DNA from: Lama glama
Taxonomy: Eukaryota
Direction: 5' to 3'
Length of the DNA: 64,000 nucleotides
NCBI GenBank assembly: GCA_028534125.1
Contig: CM052817.1
Coordinates: forward strand, 92,692,001-92,756,000
Translations under genes and position numbers: made by a program
In this document: one piece after another, positions 38,812 to 51,686 of the stretch
Position numbering within the stretch: position 1 is the first letter of the stretch
How the letters are laid out: each line of letters begins with the position of its first letter
Notes under the pieces: generated by a model
Told to the model about the DNA's origin: nothing
Database searches by the model: none
The model's input: the letters and a program-made list of their open reading frames with translations, nothing else

Positions 38812-39090
38812 GTTTTTTTTTAAATTAAGGTACAGTTGATTTACAATATTATATTAGTTTCAGGTGTACAGCATAGTGATTCAGCATTTTTACAGATTAT
38901 ACTCCACTATGAGTTAGTACAAGATGATGAGTATAATTCCCTGTGCTGTACAATATATCCTTGTTGCTTATCTATTTTATACAAAGTAGTTTACACTTGA
39001 TAATCTCATACTCTTAATTTGCCCTCCCCCCCTTCCCTCTCCCCGTTGGTAACCATAAATTTGTTTTCTGTATCTGTGAGTCTGTTTCTG
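38812..39090 (-). mobile_element. Artiodactyl-type L1 3' end
   Basis: Poly(T), tacagttgatttacaat...ggtgtacagcatagtgattcag...tatctgtgagtctgtttctg; near-TSD ccaaagtag (38803) / ccaaagaag (39091). Confidence 0.9.
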
Positions 39091-42000
39091 CCAAAGAAGT
39101 CCTCTTAATGAGCTCTAAGACGACTTGCCAACATAAAATAATGGTTTCAGAAGTATCTTCTGCTTATTTTACCTAATTCAGTGTAAATAGCTTGTATCCT
39201 CATGCCAAGCAAAGGGAAGATGGAGACATGGGGACTGTATGGATAATTCCAGGACGGTTTTATCTCTGCTCTCAAATATTCTCACTACAAAGCCCCTGTT
39301 CTTGGACAGTTTGAGGCAAAAGTGGCACCTTTCTTGGGTCTGAGTTATCTGGGTCATTGTCCCTGTTCTTCACGACACTGTGAGGCACAGCCTTTTGGTG
39401 AGGAGTTCCAGTTCCTCCACAAGGGGTCTTTAGTAAGGATATGATATCAGCTCCAAATGAGCCAACTTGACATGCTATTGTGGCTGATTAGACTATAAGC
39501 CACTAGGACACTTCTCAGAGATCACTCCAATTCAAACACACGCCTGCAACGTTCTTCATGGGCTCCACTTCCACACGAAAATATCCTACTACTTGGGGTC
39601 ACTACAAATTAGAGTGCAAATTTGCAATTAGGATGTTGTAGATTCTGGACAAAATTAAACACCTCTTTAGCTGCTTAAAGCTGGCCTTACTCCCATGCTG
39701 AGGTCAGTCAGCAAGACGGAACTACCAGATTATATTTGTTCAAGGTGTTGCAAGTCTCTCAGAAGCTCCTTAGGGTTTTCACTTGAACTTGATGTCTTAT
39801 GTGGGTTTTCCATCCTAAATTCTTTGATGGTATTTCACTTACGTTGAACAAATACTTTAAAAACTAACTAGATACAAAGTTGTCTGTGTACGTGCCATCA
39901 ATTATATGATTTTAAAAATTCCTTAAACCTTTGCACTGGCCCAACTATAAAATCACAAAGCTACACAGTGTTTAGACTTGGCTGTTATTTCTGGGAATTA
40001 CTGAAACTGATGGCTTAGATTTCAACTGTGCAGAATTTACCGACAATTCTGATGCTTCTTCTCTTGTCGTGTTTACTTTGGCTAATGGCTACATGTGGGC
40101 TGAGGTTTTCTGAGGAATTAAGGCTGCTGGCAGGCTTTGTCTCTACACGATCTTCTTTGTATACTGGACTAATCTGGCCTGGTGAGCCTCCTTCCAGTGC
40201 TCCAGCCATTTTATAGATATTTAGGTAGTGGTAGAATCTTAAGTTTTCACTTCATTCTTTTGTGTTTATATTTTTAAAGCATATCTATTCAAGGCTGCAG
40301 AATGAGGTTTTGTTTTGTTTTGTTTTGTTTGTTTTTCTTTTCCTGAGGATAAGCTCTCGGGGTTATAAATAAGCCTTAGGAAGCTCTTCTCCACCAAAGA
40401 TGGCAAAAATACTCCCCTAAAATTGCTTTTTGAAAACTTAAATGTAGTTTCACTTTTCACATTTAAAGCTTGAACAATCTGAATGTGATTCAATAACCAC
40501 ACAGCCTTTACTGAGCTCTTACAGAGTGATGGGCAGAGAAGAGAGAGAGAGAGGATGCAATTTATTTTTCCCCAGATTACTCAGACAGATTGGGGTCTAC
40601 TTTTGGATTCTGTTTGATTGTAAAGTTGACCCATCTTTTGCTGACCCTATTAATATCAGTTTCAGTTGTGTAGCTTTGAACATACTTACTATTTGGCAGC
40701 CTAATTTTTTCTTCACTAATTTCCCCCCTACAATATGCCTATTAACTACTGATATTAAGAGACCATAGACTCTAACAGTGAAGAACTGGGCTCTGGCACT
40801 GGACAGTTTTTTTTAAATCCCAACTTAGCATTTTAAAAATAGGCAACCAAATTTTGGATCTCCACAAAGTTTTAAATTACCCATCAGCCATTTTCAGGGA
40901 CATGAGGAAACATTTTCTCCTCCTGCAGGGTAAAGTATAATTAGCTATTTTAAAGCAGTTATTTTAAACTTAAACACCGAGTAGCAGTATGCTACCTGCA
41001 CTGGTCATCCCACTGTTGAGCTGCATGATATATGACATCTGCTTGAAAAGACAGTGAAAATGGAAACGGGGAAGTTCTCTTCATCTGGACTTCCACCTCA
41101 TTCATCTTCAATATTCATAATGAATTTCTAGGACTGATGATAGTAAAAAAATTAGGTGGGATTCTGGGATATTTCTCCATGCTCTTTGGGCTATGTGTTG
41201 TGCATGGTTAAAAAAAGAGAGAGAGACTGCGGATATCCATTTACTCCAATAGAAATAGTCATCAAGAATTTACGTATTTAGGGTGTCCAAAAATGGTCCA
41301 AAGTGAAGTGGATTTGGACGAATTATCTGACCAGTCGGATCAATGCACAAAATCGAGGACAAAATGCTGCTATAGGGTCTAATCTGTTCAAATGAGACAC
41401 GTGCACCGATGTGAGTCATCAGACAATTCTCTGATCTTTGCTTCATTTTGCAATGTGCAGCCAGCGTCAGAGAGAAGCCAGCAGATCCCTCCCAGGTGGA
41501 CTGCAGTGTAATTGCTTCTGAGGGTGTGTGTGAGGGAGGGAAGGTGAAGGAGCGGGGATGAGAAGAGGGGATGAAGAGGGGGGAAGGAGTGCTGAAAGGC
41601 TTGCTGGGTATCTCCTCAGAGCTAAGTGCTGCCCTGAGTATCTAATCTATGATACACAGGCGGCCCTGAGACTCGGGGATGAGAAGTTAATAAACAGCAC
41701 ATTTTGTATGGATAAACTCTACAAAGAGATCCTGCCATTTAGGCAATTCTGTTTACTTTGACGCCAAGTCACTGTAAAATGGAGTGCCTCTTTTTGCAAA
41801 ATGATGTCAGCCTACCATCTATTTTCCTCCCAAAGGCACGTTCTGCTTCTGAGTGATCACTGCTATGTAATTATCGTGTATTCTGGAAAAGCTCTTCAAC
41901 CCTGTGAGGAACGTGTGACCAGGACACACATGACCTAGCGACCAGATAAGCAGCAGGAGCATCCTGTGGTTTTAGTGCTTCCTCTTCCTGGGAGAGAGCT

Positions 42001-42529
42001 CAGTTGCCATTATTTAACCTGGCATATGCAGATCAGTAAGGAATCAGAACAAAAGCTCAGAAAGCCAAAGAATGTTGAAAAACCTGGAAATTCCTTAGTT
42101 ATGAATTCAAAACCAGGTTGTTTGAACACTGCATTAGTAGAATGTTTGGAAAACCAGCAAAGTGTCAACATTTTATGGAGTTGGCAGCCCCGTTGCTCCC
42201 CATGCATCTTGGATGGAGATGATATCCCTCCCAAGCGCATGTGAGCAAAAATCCTTTTTCAAGTCCCTGCATCCTCTCTCTCCCAGAATCCATCCTTACT
42301 TTAGTTTCACGGATGGCCATTTAGAATTTAGTCAATACTACAAGAAACCTGCAGTTTCCATTTGTAGATATTTCCTACTTATAAATCTAATATCTACTTT
42401 TTTAAGAGTTAGCTCCTGATTATCATCTTTTCTCAAGTGAGAAAATGTATGTGAAATGACCGAAAAAACTGCAAAGAACCATAGAAATGTAAGGTATTAC
42501 CACTTTCTATATTAATTTAAACATTATTT

Positions 42530-43480
42530 TTTAATAAACACAAATGCCAAAATTCTAAATAAAGCACTCACAAGTAGATGTCAATGATAAAGTAAAAAGT
42601 CTTCATGACCCAGGGGATTTATTCCAGGAAGGTGAGGGTGATTTAATATCGGAAAATGTGTTAATGCATTTCAGTGCATTAACACATTCAGGGAAGAAAG
42701 CCTGTGAGTATCTTGTGTCACTAGCTGTCCACTAACATCTTGCACTTCTTTGGTATCAGTGTTTCAGATGGACACAGACTGTTGAGGGAGAAGCATTCAT
42801 TGTCATCAGCCTCCCTTGCAGCTAGTTGTGGCTATGTGATGAGTATCTGTCACTGAGATGTGAGTGGAGATGACGTGTGCTACTCCAAGGTCTCATCCGT
42901 GAAAGGGTAAGTGCGCCCCAGAAGCTGTCTCCCCTTCTCTCTGACTTCACTTGGAGAAATGTAGAGCAGCTGGTGTCTTAGAGACGGAAGTCATGTGTTG
43001 ACAATGGCACCCACTGCTGATTTCTTATTAAGAGGAATATATGGAAATGTACTTAATGTGATATAAAGGATCTTCCAGGAATAGTATATTGAATGGAAGA
43101 AACAGCATTAGACATTTCCAGCTCAAATCATGAATCAGACCAGGAAGAGCTAATACTGAAAGCGGAAGTGATATCTGGTGTGAAGAGACATACGAATGGG
43201 AGGGGTAAGTCTTTGAAAGGAAGGGTGCAAACTGTCATTATTTGGGGGATCCCATGACCACCTAAAAAACCAAGATAATTTAGCTATTAAAATTAGAAGA
43301 ATGTGCAGAAGAACACAAGACTCAGGATCAACATATAAAAACGAAAAGCTTCCTATACACCAGTAATGCCTAACAGAATAGGTAATGGAAAAAGTGATCT
43401 ATACACAGAGCAGCAGAAGTCATAAAATATCTAAGGATAGACCTAATAAACACTAGCCCCATATGAAGAAAACTATACAG
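42530..43480 (+). mobile_element. Old L1M ORF2 fragment containing an MLT1-type LTR piece (~42715-43010)
   Basis: catgacccaggggatttattccaggaa and atcaacatataaaa...ttcctatacaccag; MLT1 motif gcctcccttgcagctagttgtggctatgtga. Confidence 0.65.
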
Positions 43481-44299
43481 TAACGTTTCTCTATAAGACA
43501 TTGAAAATTTCTAAGAAGCAGATTTCATTTCAACCAAAGGATTATTCAGTACTATGTATTTAGTTTCCAAATATATGTGATTGTTAAAGTTATCCATTTG
43601 TAATCATTATTATCTTGTTATTGTTGCATTATGGTCAAGGAACATGGTCTCTTGATATTGATCCTTAATCATCTAATATATTTTTTAGGGTAAATATTCC
43701 ATTTATATTCAGAAACGCTGTATTCAAAAACATGATTTTGTTGTGCAGACATGTCTCATTGATTATGCTTATTCAGTATAGTTAGACCTTCCACATCTCT
43801 GCTTATCTATGTCTGCTTGATCATCTCAAAAGGGTGTGTCAAAATGTCTCATACAACTAATGCTGTTTTCTCTCTGAAGTTCTGTCAGTTGCTGCTATGT
43901 TTTGAGTTTCTACAGTTAGCTGCATGTATGTTCATGACAGTTATATCTGCTTAGTTATGTTGCTGTGGAGAGGTCTGATGCCACTTCTGATTTTTGGTTT
44001 TTGGGAGTGATCTGCTCTTCTTTGTAACCTTTTAGAGTTATCTTTGAGATTAGTCTCTGATAGTCTTAAATATCACTGGTCTATTTATGAGTCTTTATCA
44101 GTTAGTTTGGTGGCACATAAACACTTTCAACTAGAGCCATTTCATTCTTTCTTTAATTCTGAAACATTTGTCTTCATACTTTATTGAAATATTTCCTCCT
44201 ATATTTTTTCTTTCCTGTGATACCTATTATCCTATTGGTGGCACTTATTTTTCTATTTGCCATGGTTTTTAAAAAAAATACTTTCCCCCTCTCATTTAA

Positions 44300-45350
44300 A
44301 AAACATTTTATTTTGAAATAATTATAAGCTAATATGTGGCAAAAATAGTTCACAGAGGTCCCATGCACCCATCTCCTGGCTCTCTCCAATGGTGGCATCT
44401 TACATATTACAGTGCAGTATCAATACAAGAGATTGACTGGCACAATACAATTAACTAGATTATAGGACTTACTCTGACTTCACTAGTTTTGGCATGTATA
44501 GATTTAAAAAATGTCTTTGTATAAAATTTCATGATATTTTATTACATGTATAGAGTCATATAACTATGATCACATTTAAAATATTGAAATATTCCATCAC
44601 CACAAAGGAATCCCCTCCTCCTCTCTTCCCCTTCTCTAACCCCTGATGTCTACTTACCTATCTCCAACTATATACAATTTTATCATTTCTACAATGTTGT
44701 ATAAATGGAGTCATCCAGTATGTAATCCTTAGAGACTGGCTTTTTTTCATTCAGTATAATGCCCCTAACATCCATCTAGGGTGCAGGGTTGCATGTATCA
44801 GTAATTCATTCCTTTTCAATGCTGTGTAGTATTCTATGATATAGACTATGGTGCACCAGAGTTTATTTACCCATTGATGGACATATGGGTTATTTCCAGT
44901 TTTTGGTTATTAAGAGTAAAGCTGTTATAAACATTAGTGTGGAAGTTTTTGCAAGAATACAGGCTTCCATTTTTCTGGGATGAATGCCAAGATGTGCAAT
45001 TGTTACACTGTATGATAACTGCATGTTTGGTTTTCAAAAGAAGTTGTCAAGGGTATAGCTCAAGTGGTAGAGTGCATGCTTAGCATGCACGAGGTGCTGG
45101 GTTCAATTCCCAGTACCTCCTCCAAATATAAAAAATGAATAAATCTAACCATCTCCTCCTCATTAAAAAAAAAAGAAAAAGAACAAAAAAAAATGAAATT
45201 GCCAAATGGTTTTCCAGAGTGGCTGTATCACTGTACATTGCCATCAGCAATATGTGTGAATAATCCAGTTTCACAGCAAACATGCCAGCATTTGGAGTGA
45301 TCACTGTTTTTTATTTTGGCCATTATAACAGATGTATAGTGATATTTCAT
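44300..45350 (-). mobile_element. L1MB/MC-type 3' region, interrupted by a SINE
   Basis: attttattttgaaataattat...ataaatggagtcat...ttgatggacatatgggttatttccagttttt...gttttccagagtggctgta. Confidence 0.8.
45051..45191 (+). mobile_element. tRNA-Ala-derived camelid SINE (Vic-1 type)
   Basis: Head GGGTATAGCTCAAGTGGTAGAG...GGTTCAATTCCCAGTACCTCC with A and B boxes, A-rich tail, degenerate TSD aaagaagttgtcaa / aatgaaattgccaa (11/14). Confidence 0.9.
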
Positions 45351-46219
45351 TGTGTCTTTTATAATTTCTCTTTGTCCATTCTAGCTGACTTATGGAAAAG
45401 TTTTTCAGACTAATCTTCCAGCTCACGAATTTGTCTTTAGCTATATCCATTCTGTGTTTTATCCTATTTGTTGTGTTCTTTAATATTTAAACTATTGTAT
45501 TTTTCATGCTAAATGTTTCCTATCAGTCCTTCTCCTTCTCCTTCTTGTCTGTGAGTGGTGGAATCAGCTACTCTGCCTAGTCATATTTTCTGGGGAACAA
45601 CCAATGCAGGGGCCCTAGTTTTGTTCTTCCAGAAGATTAAGTAGAAATATGAATAAACACGGATGACCCCAAGCACCACAGGACAGCCAGTGACTCCTTC
45701 CACTGAGGGAGGTTCTGCAATATTATGGATTGCCTGACCTCCTCTCAGATGGCCCCATCCCATTCACCTGAGTCCCTGCTGAAGTTCAGCCCTCTTAAGT
45801 CATGGGTTATCTTCCAGATCCTTACAGCTATACTGCTCTGTGCATCATTGAGTCCAACCCAATTTCCTACCCATGTCCTGCTCCTCAAACCCTTCCTTTC
45901 TGACTCTCAGAAATTTAAGTCTCTGGTCATCAAATTCTCTGGTAGCTTCCATCTCTTCTTGGAATTATGCCTTCACTCCCTTGAACCTTGACCTTCTTGC
46001 TTTGATTGATCTGGCTGCCCTGAGAGGACACCACTTTCTCTGCACCATGATTAAGGGGCAAGTATTTTAATTCATTTTTATTAAACCACACTCCACATAC
46101 CTCAGGGCCAGAAGATGGTTTGGTGTCCCTGCCCCATATCACTACTTCTCAACCTTGCCTCCAAGCCCCATCTCAACCTCCTTCGAAAACCACTTATCTT
46201 TTGAGAGTCTCTCTACTTG

Positions 46220-46350
46220 GGTTTATTTATTTATTTAATTTTTTTCCCCTTCTTACTTTTTTTTTTTTTAATGGAAGCACCAAGGATCGAACCCAGGAGC
46301 TTGTGCATGCTAAGCATGCAGCTCTCCCACTGAGCTGTACTGCACACTCC
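46220..46350 (-). mobile_element. tRNA-Ala-derived camelid SINE (Vic-1 type), more diverged
   Basis: T-rich tail then ggatcgaacccaggagcttgtgcatgctaagcatgcagctctcccactgagctgtac, the reverse complement of the same head. Confidence 0.85.
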
Positions 46351-49300
46351 TTCACCTGGATTTATAACCTTCTCTCTCCTCTCCCTGCCTTATCTACATA
46401 TTTCCTGTTAATTTCTTTTGTCACCCTCTTTGGCCCCTAAGAGTCACCTCCTTGGACTGGAAATTTTAGTATTCATGTGGATAACCCACTCGATACTCCG
46501 GCCTGTGGGTTGTTTGTTCCCTTCTTCTCCAATGACCCTCTTTTTCTTCTAGTCCTTCCCAGACACACATCCTCACTGCCTTACCCTGGACCTTGTCACT
46601 CCTAGAAACTTGCACTACCTCTGACATCCCAGTTTCAAAGATGTCACTTTTCTAATGCCACCTCTCTTCCTCAGGCTTTCTTTGCTCAGGTACCTTCCCA
46701 CTCTAGTGGGAAGTAAGAATGCCCTCTGCTTTCTTACTATCCATCAGGCCCCTCCTGGCTTCACTGCTGTCCTTACCCAGCCTAGATCACAAGGTCCACA
46801 GTTAAGAGAACTCCTCTAAAAATATTCTTAGCCCCCTTGCTCTTCTCTCTCTTGTGCCCTATAAAATTCACTCTTTCTGTGCCTCCACTTCCTCATGGAA
46901 ACACTGTGAAGAGAAAAATCCCACAGGTCATCTGTTTTCCCTTTACATTTATGATCCTTTTCCTCAAAAGAACACCTCTCGCTCTCCTTCCTCTTCCCTA
47001 AGCCCTCATGTCCACTTACCTGTTCTCCATCTCTGTAATTTTGTCATTTCCAGAATGTCGTATAAATGGAATCACCTAGTATATAACCCTCTGAGGTTGG
47101 CTTTTGGCTTTTTTCACGCAGCATAATGTAGAACACCTGCTCTGCCCTCTTCTGGACCTGCCTTCCCTTTGTCCAAATGATGACCTCACCTCTTTACATC
47201 TCTCTGGAAACCTCCTATGTGCTCTTTCTCACCCACATTCTCTGGGAGTGATCTTACTGCAGAATCACTTGAGAAAAAATATCCATCAGAGGGAACTAAC
47301 CTGTCCTATTATTACACGAGGTGATTCACAGTGAAGAATTTAGCACAGGGCCTGCCATACAAAAACCACAATATACGTGTTCAGGTTTTGTTAGCATTAT
47401 TATTGTTTTACCACTGCTGAATATATCCTGAAACCCACGTATCTTTCCTGAAACCCATTCATTACTCCACTTGCTGAGGATGAGAAGGATGGTGTCTGGA
47501 ATACAGTCTTCGTCTGGACAGTAAAAATAGTTAGCAATAAAAATAAACTCATAGTAGGACTACTTCAGGAGTGTGGAAATTTATCTTTCAGGAACCAAAC
47601 TGATAACCTGCAGCATAAACCAATTGACATGACTTCTCCAGAAGACCTCTAAGTCCAAAATATTAAAGTTTCATCTGAGTTGTTGGATAAAAATTGGTAA
47701 TCTGTGCTCCCCCAATGCTTTGCTGACAACTTGAAATATGTCCAATGCTGGGTGTACAGATAAAGTGCACCTTATTTATTTATTTTTAGGAAGCTAAAAT
47801 CATACTTTATTAATATATCTTGGCCATATGGACCAGGTGCTTTTTTTTCAAACTGAGTGCAAGTTTCTTTAAGATTCTTTAAATTCTATGGACCTTTAAA
47901 ATTTTTGAAAGTTTCACACATAAAATTTCATATCATCTCACAATAACCCTTTCTTCCCCCCTACCCCTATATTGCCCTTCCCTCCTTCCCTCTCCCCACT
48001 GGTAATCAGTATTTTGTTCTCTATATCTGTGAGTCTGCTTCTTTTTGTTTTATCCTAAAGTCACTTTAATTATGCACCAGACCCCTCATGTGGAGATTTG
48101 TCATTATACTCAGAGGCAGACACTCAACAACAACTAACTTTTATGAGGTCAAAAAATCTTTAAAGGAGATGCTAACGATAGACAACTTTATTTTCCTTGG
48201 AAAAGTTCTAGTAATTTAATTAACTCACTGATGTCAGTTCCTCATCTATGCTTGAGATGATCAATGAATCACACTTTTTGAAAAATTCGTATTTTTTCCT
48301 AATTTAGAAGTATGTTGAATTTTCCATGAATTTGTGATAACTGTAGGGGGAGTGATGAATATAAAATAAGGTAATTCACTTATAACCCCACCTGTAAGCA
48401 TTTTCTTAGAACATACTCAGTGCATCAGATTCAAAAATAACTTACTTATAGTTTCTGTGAAAATTTGAAATGATTAAAAATGATACAGAGTTCAGGTTGA
48501 CATAAAACAAATCATAGAATACTAAATTAATTTTTATGATTACAGTTTTTTTGGAGAAGATAATCATGCTTAAAGAACCTTCTGCTTACATATAAGATAC
48601 TTGAAGTTCTAATTTTAGTTTGGACAAAAAACATTATACATGTAAGTCTCACCAAGGAGCAGGATAATGGAATCGCAGGATGGGAGATTCTAAGAAAGCA
48701 AACCTCTCCAGCATTTTCTCTTCCTAATAATCTAATAAATGAAATGAAATAGCAGAATCATTCACCATAGATTCCAACTGGGTGACCTTGGAAGAGTTAC
48801 TAAATTTTTAAGCTTTAGGTTCATTATCTCCAAAACTCTAATAGTAAACATACCTAATCCAAAGGGTTGAGTGAGGATTAAATGAGATAATGCATATAAA
48901 GAACCCAGGGCATAGTAAGTGCTCAATAAATATTAAGGGTTACTATTATCACTGACACTATCTATTAAATAATTATTTAAAGCATTCCAGACAGTGTAAA
49001 ACTTGCATTTAGACCAAAGGAGGTAGGTAGGGGTGGAAAGGAGCACACCAACCTTGGCTTCCACTGGGGCCCAGAAACAAATGATGAGCTTCTTGACAAT
49101 CAAGGTGTTGAATATTACAAGGACCCCTCCAAAAAGCTAAGGACCACGGGGCTCATGTTGAGCAAATTACCATTTTTGCAACATGAAAGAATGAACTTTC
49201 TATCTCACACTGGTCAATGAAAGGAGACTCTGAGGTATTTAAATGAAAAATTAATCTTCAAAGGGAAAAATCAATGTAACTGGGTTAGCAATTAATGGCC

Positions 49301-50289
49301 CAACTCATGTTGCTCTCTTAAGGTAGTGAAAAATAAAAATTGTATAATGTTTACTTTGAAACAGTTGCATAACCAAAGCAATGGATTTGTGTTTTGTTTT
49401 GCTTTGAACTGCTGGGAAAAAATCACATCAGTTATTCCCCACTAGACTGTTTTTAACAATGCACAGCAAGATCTTAAAATTACAATTAAAAATGATCATA
49501 ATATCTTGGATCTAATGAACTTCTAGATGTTTATTTTCTGTACTATTTGCATAGAATAGGGAAATATACATGAATCATATCTTTTCATATTTTTTTCTTA
49601 TTTGTTTGGTAGAAATGACCCAGAATTCCCAATTCACTGCACAATTATTAAATGCCTCATTACTTTACTTGATTCATTGCTAGTTTCTTTTTAGTATTCT
49701 CCAAAGTTGTTTTCAGTAGTCTTTGAAAACTAGAAGTGAGAATTCCATTTATAAAACGTTCAGATTGGAAAATCCCTTTCTTAATAAGAGCAATTAAAGT
49801 TTACTTCTTTGGTTTCTAGCTAGGAGTCCCCACATAGCTTTCCCTGTGGTAAGATGACATGGACTATGAATTCAACAAATGACATTAAGGTCAGCTGAAA
49901 GACCAACTATTAATGTATTGAAAAAACAGCAAAAAGTGACAGAACTTGATGATATACCTTGGTGGATAGTAAACAGCTTCTCAAGGATCAGAGCCCAAAT
50001 TCCAAAGTGAAAAACACTGTGTATCCTTTGGCTGAACCCATAAATTCTAACAACATTGGTATGAAATACTTTTAGACTTATATGTAAGCGAATCAAGTTT
50101 ATAAGGCTCCTTGGTATTTATGCTCCATCAGTATATCTCAGTGAAGGGGGAATTGGATGCATTTTATCAGGATCTGAGGTCTAGAAAGGGGAGAGAAGTT
50201 GAGAAATATACATTCTGAAAAAGCTCCAAAGATCTGAAATATACCTTTCTTGTTCTTTGTTCAGTGAATTCCTCACTATAAGTCAAAGG

Positions 50290-50753
50290 GTGTCTATAGC
50301 AGATGCTGTCCTTACCCACCCAGCCCACACCACTTCTGTATACACTGTCCTGACTTTCAACTGCCAGCACCTGGCTTTCTGCTGCATAAATGTCTTTCCT
50401 GAACCACTACAATTACTTGGACTGTGTGTAGGTAAGGAGGAATTACCACCACCAGAGAGCAGTCCTGAACTAATGACTAAAGAACTGGTACATAAATACC
50501 TCAGCTCCCTCCTCCCTGTGCTGGTAGATCTATGGCACATTTCTACACCATTTCCCAGAGCTCCCCAGTGGGATTAAATTTCAGTGACTCACAGTGGTAA
50601 CTTGCTTAATAACACACACTTTATTGGCTTCTTTCCTTCCCTGCCATGTTTCTCTATCCCCCAGCTAATGTTTCCTGGAATCACCTCTCAAATAAATGGC
50701 TTGTACTTGAATCCTTGCCTTAGGTCTGCTTCTGGGGAAACTCAAACTAAGTC
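50290..50753 (+). mobile_element. LTR16-family (ERVL) solo LTR
   Basis: ataaatacctcagctccc, cccagagctccccagtgggatt, cacagtggtaacttgcttaataacaca, tcacctctcaaataaa...tctgcttctgggga...aaactaag. Confidence 0.8.
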
Positions 50754-51164
50754 TGTGCCAAAATTATTTATCTTCTATTTTCTTTCTTTATAGTTCTCTG
50801 AAATCCTAAATAGTGTAGGTATATTGGCTTGTACTTTAGTAACATATACTGCTTCATGTATATCACTCTTTAATATGTTTACAAATAGAAAAAAAAGAAA
50901 AGCAAAAACATGAACTCCTCCCTACTTATTTTCTAACTGAAAAAAAAAAAGGAAGAATCATTTACCAGAAATAGCTTTTTCAGAACTCATGCCAACTTGC
51001 CCTGAAGATAGTTGTGGTTGCATAGAGCTACTGAAAACCACCATTCAAACCACCTATCTGAAGGGAAAGTCAAGCATCCTCTCCCATTTCTACTATTAGG
51101 GGAGAAGGATAGTCTTTGGATACTGAGAATTCACTGAGATTATTGAACATATGAGTCATTCGGT

Positions 51165-51686
51165 AAGGCTTGCTGTGTAACATGGTAGCCACTAGCCACA
51201 TGTTGCTATTGAGTAATTGAAATGTAGCTAGTATGACTGAGGTACTGAATTTTTAATTTTAGTTAATTTAAATTTTAATTTGAAACCAATACTCAGTTCA
51301 ATTATTGGAAAATTCCTAAGCATGTTCAAGACAATTTATGTATTAGAATCTACTTTTTTCAAGTTAAGTTTTGTAAAATCTAAATACAGATCAAGTATGT
51401 CTGATGAAATTTAGCACCCAAATTGGGATATGCTGAAATGCAGAATACCCACTGGAATTTGAAGAACTAGTGTGAAAAATATCATTAGCAATTATTAATA
51501 TTTGATATTAATAATGAGGTACTTTTACTTTAATTAGTATTAAAATTATAATATTTTGGATTTACTGGGTAACATAAAATACATTAATTTTATTTCTCTT
51601 GTTTCTCTTTTTCTTTTTTTAAATGTGACTGCTAGAAAGTTAAGTTACATATGTGGCTTACATTATTTTTCTATTGGACAGCACTG
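51165..51686. mobile_element. Charlie1/MER33/MER119-like hAT DNA transposon
   Basis: atggtagccactagccacatg...gaaatgtagctagtatgactgag at the start; ttacatatgtggcttacatta...ctattggacagcactg at the end. Confidence 0.8.

Noticed and set aside
41518..41590. Cryptic acceptor after a long minus-strand pyrimidine tract
   Set aside because: No convincing donor within exon distance; looks like GA low-complexity sequence.
45051..45120. tRNA-Ala(AGC) gene
   Set aside because: Truncated acceptor stem, followed by a SINE tail and poly(A), flanked by a TSD and inserted in an L1: a SINE, not a tRNA gene.
51491..51515. Perfect 11-bp AT hairpin ATTATTAATAT-TTG-ATATTAATAAT
   Set aside because: Low-complexity AT sequence inside a Charlie element; plausible by chance or slippage.
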